Shown here in pieces: positions 48,901-60,290 of a stretch of DNA of 64,000 nucleotides. This stretch comes from Eremomyces bilateralis CBS 781.70. Lineage: Eukaryota. The DNA is taken from the NCBI GenBank assembly GCA_010015585.1, contig ML975149.1; one strand, 5' to 3'. Each line of letters opens with the position of its first letter. The first letter of the stretch is position 1. Under the pieces are notes generated by a model. It did no database searches and had not been told where the DNA came from. It worked only from the letters and a program-made list of their open reading frames with translations. Both the position numbers and the translations under genes were made by a program.

Positions 48901-49797
48901 CGAGTTGGACGGCGTTGGTGTGCGATCATCGGCCAAGGCACCATCCTCGGATTCTGGTAGAGCAATCGAGAAGGTCCGCATCAGTAGCACCGTCCTTCGT
49001 CGTGGGTCCTTTCGGTCTTGCGCGGAGAAGCCCAATCCCGCTGAAGTTTTGTCCGCGGGGGGGTCCGCGGGAGTGTAAGATATCGCGAGATTACTGCGTT
49101 TCCGACCATCAGCTCTACCGAAAGAGCCGAATCCGTCACCGAGAGAAGAGCTTTGTACGGCCGACCCATACTGCCTAGGCTCGAGTGGGATGACTTTGAT
49201 CTTATTGCTTACCCCGCGATACCTGGAATATGCATTTTCGAACATGCATCCCAGCGCCACTTCCACTATCTTTTCCGACTCCTTCGCTCTGCTCTGTGAT
49301 CCCTCGTCGATATTGGGCAGCGCCGAAGAAATGGAACCAGCTCGCGTTCGGCCCCATTGTAGCGGCCCCGCTGTCGGAGTGGTAGGCGAGCGAATTGCGC
49401 TGCTTTCGGAGGCGGTGGAGGACTTTCGAATGTGTCCGCGTGCAAATTTGGAATCGGAAGGGCGAGGGACCTGTTTATTCGAGCGAAGAACCGGGGATGT
49501 GGGAGATGAGGCGTTTGAATCAAACAGGACCACTTCCGGAAGAGCGCCGAACTCCCCTTGAGCAATGATTATGCGGATGTCTCGGGGATTCTGTAAGTCA
49601 TCGTGGGTGTCATTGCCGTCACACGACGCGGAAAGCGAAGGGCCATCGAGAGCTTCGAAGGGACGAGATAGAGTGTCCGGGAACAGGAGGTGTTGTGTAT
49701 GTGCGGTTTCGGCGTATAGCTCAGTCTGAGAGAGATTCCGCGGGGTGGCGGTGTTCCGTCGAGCGGGATTGAAGGAATTGAGCAGATGGCCAAGCAT
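45961..49797 (-). CDS. folliculin-interacting protein (FNIP/Lst4-like)
   Basis: About 1280 aa starting MLGHLL. Conserved blocks DIRIIIAQ, GCMFE, VLLMRTFS, YGVCIAIQLP, FLGSHTEWL, RTVIVS..ARRLVFFLS.FLP and VAGWLKKFHPDFELQ are typical of fungal FNIP homologues. Confidence 0.7.
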   Translation of the reverse strand: MLGHLLNSFNPARRNTATPRNLSQTELYAETAHTQHLLFPDTLSRPFEALDGPSLSASCDGNDTHDDLQNPRDIRIIIAQGEFGALPEVVLFDSNASSPTSPVLRSNKQVPRPSDSKFARGHIRKSSTASESSAIRSPTTPTAGPLQWGRTRAGSISSALPNIDEGSQSRAKESEKIVEVALGCMFENAYSRYRGVSNKIKVIPLEPRQYGSAVQSSSLGDGFGSFGRADGRKRSNLAISYTPADPPADKTSAGLGFSAQDRKDPRRRTVLLMRTFSIALPESEDGALADDRTPTPSNSLGKTHEFPFPTMNARAASSRRSSIAGNTTRTPMYGVCIAIQLPVAQSLASRSATRWNAKWPTSAPGPESLPSSFDSDRRAGWMLVDPIYGSDSFSSPFGSDVDDNVDLVGRHWDVIVRSLATLHELAAEKIVARLRAVDVGSPSPNGPQSTNTRYRRRVYLKPYTLAFDDDLKRAATSAGERIVRGMIIPRVRTGQGKWALWREEAKWLSNLNGSKDDFLATFLTSFLGSHTEWLDTLGPKQYRKKHWERRRSTGDSQDIASRTVIVSNNAIAARRLVFFLSEFLPSSPKPTGAFSPRRPATSASFRAYSQSPPMNVGLSRNESLRRTINRRGKSASSMAPQQVGGRNNSTSTIDTLDERSPAKVNDREAAHETGSRPASEGRPILPKLSLAADVDPSVRKSGAATPSTVTPTSSTPVRFAMPRTPSATSILPRPGSSSSLASANLMSNLNRSTSAHESNESQSASRWGSFKSLWSLGTRQDSSTDYGDIMHTPDEGLGISTANRSAYRQPNELERMVEQLSGVDRDLYPEDLQDSVGALSPDVSALDPEQDSPEQRIATSDTTSNVSATATTGTSATSAARAIPERKRSQSSYSPLKMSVNETDGVIDVEIPFFDSTLETGFGLASPAQSPFLPGFNSSSSAGGSDCVDPGSFGSGSQLGTFPSMNPCLHSKDINAVNVAGWLKKFHPDFELQSVLPYSDLEKDIRNTMRAEPTPTNSLPCTSPSNTPDPAEVKPHERWVNVCSTIIADTATFTVRKLTLKRLVKPSFSEIFPLSMPVTPALNPTPGIGFGGMPHRGFRPNTHTDAPHSLYSNLGETVVEERFSEENLTDRDPILTRCLKKLLSPDKQHLSLSLASSRSSSRRGRDQTRQSEDTTVPTPSNGIDIGPPMETAVPGIEPDVGPGVNMLGFTNYECKQLVMDALEDIVKSVAADMARGKGESVEAEVVGNPGHRHKVSTNSSILREGVRRWMQDADRFSS

Positions 49798-50053
49798 GAT
49801 GGCTTGAACTTGGGAATGGCTCCATGCAGGATGCTGGAGTACCACTATTGGAGACAGGATGGCAACTGAATGGGAGGAATGGAGAGAGGCTTGGACATGT
49901 TAACTGAAGAAAGCAGCATTTCTAGATCGTGTTCGGTGGGATGGCGCGGAGGAGTGGTTGGTGGGATGTGGTGGGATGCGGGCGGACAGGGACATGCACC
50001 GAGCATCACAAGCTCGTGGGTGTATAATCACTTGTCAGTAGCAATTTCGGAAG

Positions 50054-50189
50054 TGAAGAGGTGAAGGGATGAAGAGGTGAAGGGATGAAGAGGTGAAGGG
50101 ATGAAGAGGTGAAGGGATGAAGAGGTGAAGGGATGAAGAGGTGAAGAGGTGAAGAGGTGGAGAGGTGAAGAGGTGAAGTAGTGAAGCCG
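50054..50189. repeat. 8/16-bp purine-rich minisatellite: (TGAAGAGG TGAAGGGA)x5 then TGAAGAGG variants
   Basis: Read directly from the sequence; 17 8-mer units. Confidence 0.95.
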
Positions 50190-50790
50190 TGGAGTCTGGA
50201 CTCTGAAGACGCGGTGAAGACGGCGAAGCTTGCCGCCCACTCACTATCTATCTCTCTCTGTCTCTAACCCATTCAAGAAACGCCTTGCATACTGTAGTGA
50301 CACTCAACTTGCAGCCAAACTCGAGGGGTGGTGCATTAAAGCTATTAATATTAATCTTCATTTCCCACATGTCATCGAAATGGCTTATCGTCCGGGTAGT
50401 TACGAGTTAGGCTACACAGTTGAATGTGCCGTACAAGGCCGGGCCTGGCCCGGCATCCGGCTCCTGCGTACCCTAGTTGCTGTTGAAATATTGATAGGGC
50501 ATTGATACGAAATATTGAATGGGGGTATAGATGATGAGTTGACGCTCGCCATCGGACAAGCCAGAACGTGGTATCACAGAGACTAGACACGTTGGGCATA
50601 CACCGCAGTATCATATATTACGGACTTACGGACTATATCAGTCATCCTTATTCCATACAATCCTCTTCTCTGGATGCACTATCATTCTTCTCATCGCTGA
50701 ATCTGTCCTAGTCATTAGAATATGGTGGCCATTGTCAATGACTGGGTTCTCGGGACTTGAACCGTGTCTTTGAACCTTTACCACGGCCAA

Positions 50791-51642
50791 CTATTGATTG
50801 GTTGTACGGATGAATATCCCGCCCAACGAATCGCTGCCAGAGTCAATTTGAACGCGCCCTCCTGCCGGCGAATCACCCTTTCGGCCCATCGTCAAATCCG
50901 ACAAAAGATTCGCCGGCGCTCGATCCCCACTGCCCTGCCTTTGGATCCGGATGACAGGCTTGGGTGCTCCAGCGATCTCGTTGACTCTTCCCACAGTGAA
51001 TACAGCGACGTCCGGCTCATCCGACGAGCTGCGGACTCCAAGCGCTGCCTCGTACGCCTGAGTGACCGACTGGAATCGATCCGACGGGACGGTGACCACC
51101 AAGGATTCGACCCCGTATGTGCCCTCGGCCTGCCCGCGATGAGTCGTGGCCCGGTCCGATAATGGGATGCGAAGGTCCCGCGCTGTCACGTCGTGGCAAA
51201 AGAACGGCATCTCTCCACGGGGACAGTTGGTGGGGAAGGTGATCTCCCACTTCACATCGACTCCGTCATCGCGCTTCCGGCCACCGGCCCTGGGAGGGTT
51301 GTAGCCGATGGAGGGGTCGCTCTGGTCGAGATCGCCGAAGCGCTGGGTCATGGAAGTGTAGTTGAATTGAGCACCGTCGGACGTTGTCAAGGCAAAGTCG
51401 ATGGTTCCATAGCTCTTTTCCCCCCACCAATGCCCTTCTCTATTCTTCGGGTCATCGTCCACGAACGCAATCAGTTCAAGATAGCTGCCGTCACTGAAGA
51501 GGACGAGCTTGTTTTCAGTCTTCCCGTCCGCATGTCTTCCACCGGGAGAGATGGTGAAATGATTGGGTAGCCAGTCGGGAGAGTTTGCAAGGAATTTGTA
51601 GGGGACCAGAATGATGATGTGATCGAGAGACGGGAGAGGCAT
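50791..51642 (-). CDS. glyoxalase-like (VOC superfamily) domain protein
   Basis: LDHIIILVP, GGRHADGKTENKLVLFSDGSYLELIAF, GGRKRDDG..VKW and PFFCHDVTARDLRIP. Confidence 0.88.
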   Translation of the reverse strand: MPLPSLDHIIILVPYKFLANSPDWLPNHFTISPGGRHADGKTENKLVLFSDGSYLELIAFVDDDPKNREGHWWGEKSYGTIDFALTTSDGAQFNYTSMTQRFGDLDQSDPSIGYNPPRAGGRKRDDGVDVKWEITFPTNCPRGEMPFFCHDVTARDLRIPLSDRATTHRGQAEGTYGVESLVVTVPSDRFQSVTQAYEAALGVRSSSDEPDVAVFTVGRVNEIAGAPKPVIRIQRQGSGDRAPANLLSDLTMGRKGDSPAGGRVQIDSGSDSLGGIFIRTTNQ

Positions 51643-52377
51643 ACTGATGACTTGATCTTTATGGTTTGAATTGTTCGATATACAGACTGATAGTTCGTAT
51701 AGGGATCTTGGAACTGTAGTCTTCCGCTGTACTGATCTCAAGCCATTTACAAGATCGGCACAAACGAACGAGGCAACGGGAAGGATTTAAATGTCGATGG
51801 TTGAGAAGGTTTTGATGCCGAGATGTGCCCTACAGTTACTTACTCCGACTCTTTGAGTCACCATTCAGCATTCCGTATTGGTTTAGCGTACTCGTACTCT
51901 GGCAGCCCTACATACTATGTAGTGCAACCGCAACACAGCAATTGTCCAGCCATCCATCAAGTCCAGATCACCCTTCTCTAACGCCTAGTCGAACATGATT
52001 TCCGACAAGAAAGACGAAATCGGTGTGGCGGATGGTCAAATACGGATTGCTGGGGCATAACTTAGAAGTAATCAATATCAATATTAGGGGTTTTGGTTCG
52101 TTGAAACTTGGTTGAAGGTTGAAGGTTCAAGGGAGAAAAGCAGCCAGACCCTCACGCGGCCTCTAACCCAATGAGGCAAGCGCCGGTAATTAGCCACGCC
52201 ACCAGTTGAGAGTTGAGATCCGTTCAACTCCGCCAACCCTCTGAATACCAGAATCTCCCTTTCAACTTCGACATACTTCATGAAATATACCACAGTGCCA
52301 ACAGTGATCCGTTCTTAATTCTCGACGTCGTTTCCCGTGGTCTCGACCCGGCCCTTGAATCGCATCGATCCCTCAAA

Positions 52378-53427
52378 ATGGCTCGTCTAAGATCCCTCCG
52401 GGTCCCTCGCCCCAAGGTAACCTTCCCATCCCCGAATCACCGCTGTCCGTGACGATGCTCACCTCCGCAGAAATTCCTTCTCCTCCTCCCCATCTCCACC
52501 GCTAACACCCTCCTCCTCTTCGTCCTCCTCCTCAACAAGGCCTCCGGCATCTATGGCCTGCTCGCGCCCCTCACCGGCGCCCCCCTCTCCTCGCTACAAG
52601 CGACCATGTACATCTACTCCGTCCTCAGCCTCGTCTTCGTCCTCTTCTACCTCGTCCCTCACATCCGCGCCACCTCCTCCACCACGCCCGCCGACCCGTT
52701 CAAGACCCTCCTCTGGGCCTACTTCTACGCCCTCGACGCCCTCGTCAACATGCTCTTCACCGTCGCCTTCGCCTTCGCCTGGTTCTTCGTCGTCGCCCAG
52801 CACGACAGCAAGCCTGTCCCCGGCGCCCAAGGCGTCGAACAAAATGCGGGGTTCACCGCCCCAGAGCTCAACGTGTCGCGGGTCGAGATCCTCGCGACCC
52901 CAAAACCAGGCCTCACACCGGGGCAGGAGGCAGTCGCGGTCGGGGCGCCCGACGGGCAGCCGACTGGTGACGCGTCCCTCGGGACGGTGCTCCTCCACAG
53001 CAGCAGCATCTTTAGCATCATGATCGTCGCCATCCTCTGGAGCCTGCGGATCTACTCGATCCTCGTGGTCATGGCGTACGCGCGCATGGTGGTGCGCAAG
53101 CACGTCGCACGCAGCGGGGAAAACACGTTCGACATTGCGTCCGGGAGCGGAACGGCGGAGATCGCGGAGGATCCGTTCCGCGCGGGGCGACCGGAAGGGG
53201 AGGGATGGAAGGGGAGAATGGGGCGGGCGTTCGTCGGGGTGAATCGGTCGTATTGGCTGGGGAAGGAGGAGACGGACGATGAGGAGGCGAGGTGGATGGA
53301 GCCGTTTAGCACGAGGTTTAAGAGGAGCGACGACCATATTGGCGTCAAGGAGAGGGAACGGAGGCGGAGGAGTGGGACCGACCCGCCGAAGCCGCGAGGC
53401 TTACCAGATGCGATCGAATTGCGGTGA
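52378..53427 (+). CDS. KEI1: inositolphosphorylceramide synthase regulatory subunit Kei1 (DUF1753)
   Basis: MARLRSLRVPRPK|KFLLLLP...LLNKASGIYGLLA.LTGAPLS.LQ..MYIYS; intron 52417-52470; C-terminal ERERRRRSGT.PP. Confidence 0.8.
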
Positions 53428-53875
53428 GGTGGATGAGGTGTGTAGTTTAGATAACTACTTGGGTGCAGCGAAGCATTTGTGGGTGGCATGGCAGAGGCGC
53501 TTCTAATGAGTCGATTTTTGGTGTATTTTAGGCGGTTTGGCCAGCCGGAGTAACGGTTCTGCGATTCTTGCAGATGGGGGAATCCCACACATCATTGTCA
53601 TGGTGAATCCGCTATTTCAACCCCTGCCCCACGACCAATGATGCATGTATCTGTACAAGTTCGACGAACCAAGGATTGGGGTACAAATCAATATCGGCGG
53701 TAGCCAAGTCCTCGCGACTCTAGATGCCATGCTCTCCATGCTCTCCTTCAATCACCGTCCGGAACGCCATGCATCAAAGCAGTAGTCACACCATCAGGAC
53801 CCCAATGCGCCCGGAATTCAAATCCGGGGTCTCTCGCACCGCCATGTCCAAGTCGGAAACCTCGCTCAAATGGTA

Positions 53876-54757
<882 letters not shown>

Positions 54758-54965
54758 GGTGACGGGAAATAACCAGGCACGTTTCGTTGGCGCCTGGTGG
54801 AGGCGGATGGGGATGGGACAAAGGCGTCACGATGGGGAGCGTGTAGTAGTTGGAGAGGGGGTGGAGATCAGGACGAGAGGAGAATTGAATATACGTTAAA
54901 TTGATATATTAAGTTCAAAGAAGGGAGCGAGAAAGAGAAAAGAAATTGAACCTCCGGATGGGGGA

Positions 54966-55017
54966 TTAGAACAGGTCATTGGAACAGGTAATCGGAACAG
55001 GTAATTGGAACAATGCA
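54966..55017. repeat. 13-bp tandem repeat x4 (consensus TTGGAACAGGTAA)
   Basis: TTAGAACAGGTCA TTGGAACAGGTAA TCGGAACAGGTAA TTGGAACAATGCA. Confidence 0.8.
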
Positions 55018-55461
55018 GCGGGTCTACCCTGACTTTACTTAGGGACAGTCGACACAGCCTTCGTCGGTTCGTCCGTGACTCTGTGTCAGACTGCCATGAT
55101 TCTGTTGGATTGGGGGATGGTTACGTACCGTCACCACTCCACTAACTAAGTAACTAGCAATCACACAAGCAAGACTCCCACAGAAAAGACAGGCACTCCT
55201 TAACGGTGCAGAATACTATTGTGACTATGCACTATTATGTAGAGCCTAGAGGGGCCCCGCCTGAGCCACCGCCCACAGCGGGCAATTCTATCCGCCACAT
55301 CCCTGCACCGCCAAATCGATAATTTTTGCAGACGCTTCATCCTTCTGATATTGCTCCCACTTCCTTCATAAATCACCGTATAACCTCTCCGGAGCCACTG
55401 CAACCACTGCCTTCGTCCCTTCTGTCCTTGCCGTGACGGAATCAATCCCATCCATCCCATC

Positions 55462-56911
55462 ATGGCCTCCCTTCTCCCCCCACAGCAGCACTCGCAGCCG
55501 TCGAGAAAGGGCAAGAAGGCCTGGCGCAAAAATGTCGACGTTTCCGACGTGCAATCCGGTTTGGACGAGATCCGAGAGGAGATCATTCAAGGGTATATAT
55601 CGTCTGGGTCCGCTGCTTCGGCGCCTATCCACGGAAACTAATTCGTCTCTCAGCGGAACGGCGCTCGCTTCCCGCGACCTCGCCGACCTTTTCGCCCTCG
55701 ACACCAAGGGCGACACGCACGCCCGACTCCAGTACCAGCGTGACCATCGCCTGAAGAAGCCCCTCAAGTCCGAGGAGATCCTCGCGCAACGCTCGGCTGT
55801 GCCGGCCGTCGGCTCGAAAAAGCGACCGGCCCAGACCACTGATGGCGTCTTGCGGACGACGAAGAAGCAGCGCGGGGAAGGCATCTCCTATAAGGAGCTA
55901 GAACGGCTGCGGAAGATCGCATACGCAGGGACGCAAGGCCCGTCTCACGAGATCGGGAAGCCGGATCTGCACGAGCGAGCGAGCAAAAACGAACTGAGCG
56001 ATTTGTGGGCCGCGCCGGCCAAGGAACCCGCCACGGATGCGGAAAAATTCGATTTCCTCCCGAAGAAAAAGCCCACGCGGGCCCCCAACACCATCAAGCG
56101 CGCACCGCTTGCGCTGTCCGCGAGCGGGAAACCAGTACGGTCGGTCGCGAAGCCGGACCCGGGCCGGAGCTACAATCCCCTGTTCGACGACTGGACCAAC
56201 CTGTTCGACCGGGAGGGCGCGAAGGAGGTGGAGAAGGAACGGCAGCGGCTCGCCAGCGAGGAGCGGGAGCAGGAGCGACTCGCGCGGGTGGCGGCTTCGG
56301 CGGCGGAGGCGGAGCGGAAGGAGGCGGAGGAGGACGCGTACTTCACGGAGAGCGAGTGGGAGGGGTTCAACAGCGAGCATGAGGAGGGGGAGGCGAAGAC
56401 CGTGAAGGCATCGAAGCTGAAGTCGCAAGCAGAGCGGAACAAGATCAATCGGCGGAAGGAGGCGGAGCGAAAAGCGGTGCACGAGAAGAAAATGAAGCAG
56501 AAGGATGAGCAGTTGCGACGGGTGAAGGCGTTTGCGCAGGAGGTGCGCGAGAAGGAAAAGGCGAGGCAGGAGAAGTTGCGGCAGAAGGGCGAGATTAGTG
56601 ATGAGGATAGCGCGGACGAGGAGACGTTGAGGCGAAAGAGTTTCGGCAAATCACAGTAAGTGGATCAACCACTATCGTTCTGGATCATCGCTAACAGTAT
56701 CAGAATCCCGGATCAACCGCTTGAGCTCGTCCTTGCCGACGAGTTACAGGAGTCCCTCCGCCTGTTGAAGCCGGAAGGCAACATATTGAAGGACCGTTTC
56801 CGAAGCATGATCGTCCGGGGCAAAATCGAGTCGAGGAAGCGGATCTCCCAGCACAAGAAACCCCAGCGCAAGGCCACGGAGAAGTGGACCTACAAGGACT
56901 GGAAGCTGTAG
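55462..56911 (+). CDS. NOP53: 60S ribosome biogenesis protein Nop53, 3 exons
   Basis: QPSRKGKKAWRKNVD, exosome-recruiting AIM-like LFALDTKG, GRSYNP, LKPEGNILKDRFRSMIVRGKIE and EKWTYKDW. Confidence 0.95.
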
Positions 56912-57191
56912 ATATGAGCAGGTGTATATCGACGAGCTTAAAATTCCATCTCTATTACGAGAATTTCTATTTCATATCTCTACATATCGGATTACGTGAT
57001 CTCTGGAGATACCAAGTAGCTCTGACGGGGGTTGAAAAGCCAGACCTCCTGTGGATGCACTAGCTTTTGTACGACACATCCTTTGACAGATGCCCAAAAC
57101 CTGCGATACGCTCAACGACCATGGGAACTCTTTCTAACTCCGTAAAGCACTTTTCCAAATCCGCTAAATGGACAATTGCCGGCTCCCAGCA

Positions 57192-58651
57192 TCAGAGTCG
57201 CGGCCGGTCCTTCTCCGGCGTCACCTTCTCGCCGCATTGCAGTCTCGCGCACCACGATGTGAGCCATTTCTCAATCTCCGAGCAGATCCCTTCGATCTGC
57301 TCCTCATTATTGCCGGCGTGCAAGCATACGCGGATCCGCGACGTGCCCTCCGGTACAGTGGGCGGCACTACAGCCCTTACCATATACCCGGCCTTCTGAC
57401 AGTGCGTCGCTAGGCTCCGCGGATGGTCCGTCAACAGCGCAAAAACGGGGCTGCCTGGAATCTCGGACGGAACGGTCAACAGCCCATTGCGTTGGAGGGA
57501 CTCGACGCCGCCGAATTTGGCCGCAAGGGCTTGGAGGCGGTGGAAGAGGATCTGCACTAGCTCATGCAATCGAGCGGCCAGCTAGACCCGGAGAAAAGAG
57601 ATTGTCAACGCATGAAGAAAGAAGGCACTTACCGGACTAGTGGACTTACCGGTTCGGCTTCACCCGACTTGAGGAGCGAGTAGGAGGCTTGGATAGCGGC
57701 GAGGTTGGGGAAGGGCATGAAGGTGGTGTAGATCACGGGGCGGGAGTAGTTGATCAGATAAGATCGGACTAGAGGAGAACAGAGGATGATTGCTGGAATG
57801 GACAATCAGTAAACCAATCTCAACGATCCAAAAAGAGCTGTTGGCCTACCACCGCTGCACGCCATCGATTTCCCAAACGTGTGAAGGCGGGCGAATATCC
57901 GGTTCTCCAATCCCTCCTGACAAACCAACCCTTTGCCTAGCGGGCCCAGGACGCCGGTTGAATGTGCTTCATCCACGATGATATGGCCATTACCACGCGG
58001 TAGGACTTCGTCAACGACGTCGACCACCCGCTTCAACGGTACCAAATCCCCGTCCATGGAGTAGATTGCCTCGACCGCCACAAACACGCTCGCCTTCCCA
58101 TCTCTTACTTTCTCGTCTTTTCCCCTCACATCCGTCAACACCCTCCTCAAATCCGCACAGTCATTATGCCGAAACATCACCGTCCGCCCCGCCGCCCGAC
58201 TCAACCGCATCCCCTCCCGCACGCTCGCATGCACCAGCTCATCCCACACCACGACGTCCCCCGCCTGCGGCACGCAGCCGAACAAACCGACGTTCGCATC
58301 GTACCCCGAATTGCACAGCAGCCCGGCCTCCGCGCCATGGAATTCCGCGGTCGACCGCTCCAGCGCCTCCGCATACGGGGAGTTGCCGTCGAGGAGGCGC
58401 GAGCCGCCGGAGCCGACGGGGAAGGCGGGGTGGGCGTGGAGTTCGGAGAGGAAGGCGGTGCGGAGGAGCGGGCTATGGGAGAGGGAGAGGAAGTCATTGG
58501 AGGAGAAGTCGATGGAGTCGGGGGGTGGGATGGTGAGGGTGCGGTAGGTGGAGTTTTGGCGGCGGATGTGGAGGGCGGTAGTGAGGGTGGTGGTGAGAGA
58601 GGATGGGGATGACGAGGGGAGAGGGGAAGGGGGAGCTTTAAGATTAGGCAT
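57192..58651 (-). CDS. bioF: 8-amino-7-oxononanoate (KAPA) synthase, 3 exons, C-terminal PRL (PTS1-like)
   Basis: DFSSNDFL, GSGGSRLLDGN, DELVHAS, EAIYSMDGD, VDEAHSTG, HTFGKS and PPTVP.GTSRIRVCLHAGN. Confidence 0.93.
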
Positions 58652-59065
58652 CGTATTGGATGCTCTATTGTAGGTCAAAATGAGCGACAAGATGATTGAT
58701 TCTTTGTTTAGTAGTCAAGTCAATGAGATGATGCGGATGCTGAACGACTGCTCCATATTACATTTATTTAGAGCCTGGAGCTATCACCGGCCGACCTCGG
58801 ACGAGCTGACCAGACGGAAGGACGGAGTATGTATTACGGTCTGCAACGGTCCGGTCGCTCGACAAGCATGCACGTCCATCACGATTCATCGCCAACACAT
58901 GCCGGCCAGAATGCACTCTTCCTTAACCTTGCGAGACAGTGAGACATTGATACCCTAAGACCTACTGAATATATAGCGATTCCACGTATTTGGTTGTCCC
59001 GAAATCCATCCGTCCCACGCATGTTGGCAGCTCAACCCGTCCGGCCGTTTCGACCCGCCGTTCAT

Positions 59066-59725
59066 CTAGTCATCCTTCACGGGATTCTCGTTCGCTGTCC
59101 GCCGTCAGCCTCAACATCCCCTGCATCCAGTTCCCCATCGATCACCCAAGCTTACCTTCCAGAATCCCCTGCTGTACCAGCTCCTTCGGGTCGGGACGGT
59201 GCTGCAACCGCTTCTCCAAGCTGTCCTTCCGCATGTGCATCTCCAGCTCCTTCTGATGTCCCTGGAGTGCCGGGGCCGCGCTGGAGTCGGGGAGGATGTT
59301 GCCTGGGTCGCACCATTAGTGTCGAGGTATCTCACGGTATATAGGTGAGGTTCCATTACGTTCGACCAAGTCGTCGCGCTCGGGACGGCTCGCCAGATGC
59401 TTCTTCAGCGAGTCCGCCGCGCGTTGGCGCTCGAGCTCCTGCTGAGCGGACTGGAGGGCTCTACAGACGTGGTAAGTTTCATGGCACTCCTAAAGCATAC
59501 GGCGGAATCCCGCGGTTCCGTGGGGTAGACGTACGGAGCGGCACTGGTGTCCAACAGGATATGGCGGTTCTTCAGATCCTGAGGCTCCGGGCGAAGTTGG
59601 AGTTGCTTCTCCAGCGAGTTCCTCCTTTCGAGACCCGCCTTGGACTGGATGGGGGAAATTGGAGTGTCGTCGACGGTGGGAGGGGCGGGGGAGTTGCTGG
59701 TGTTGATGGGTTGGGTAGACGTCAT
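59066..59725 (-). CDS. RPEL-repeat protein, 4 exons
   Basis: Three repeats: LEKQLQLRPEPQDLKNRHIL, LKKHLASRPERDDLVERNIL and LEKRLQHRPDPKELVQQGIL. Confidence 0.88.
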
Positions 59726-60290
59726 AGTGGGCGTTAAGCAGCGAGGGGTGTTGGACTCTTTGTTGGATCACCAAATGGTATCGGATTTACAGATGGGTTG
59801 TAGGACACGATTGATTGAGTCGGCGTAATGTTGAATAAAGCAGGAGTGAGTACTGTAGGCAGGTAGATATCTGGGGGAGCGAAGGGAAGGAGAGCAATAG
59901 GATGTTGGCTGCTTTGTTTGTTGCTATGGCGGTGCTGACCTGCTTGCTGCTTGCTCCCTTCCGGTTGCTCACCTGTTCACGTTGCAACAACAGAGGGCCG
60001 GTACACAACACTCAACGTTTCATCCCCGCATCCGACATGGAACAGGACATGGAACTGGATGACAGGAATGCGGGCCACGCCACATGCATTGACCGATTCT
60101 TGGATGAAATGCAAATGAGTACATATATTGACATTGAACGAGATATGGAATTGAGAGAGATGGGTTTCCTATGATTTTCGCTCATATCACAATATAACCC
60201 GTCAAATCGATTTCAGCCAAAGTACATGTCGGTGATATCACAAATACATCCCCTAGCCTCCAGAAACACATGAACGAAACGCTGTCCCAC

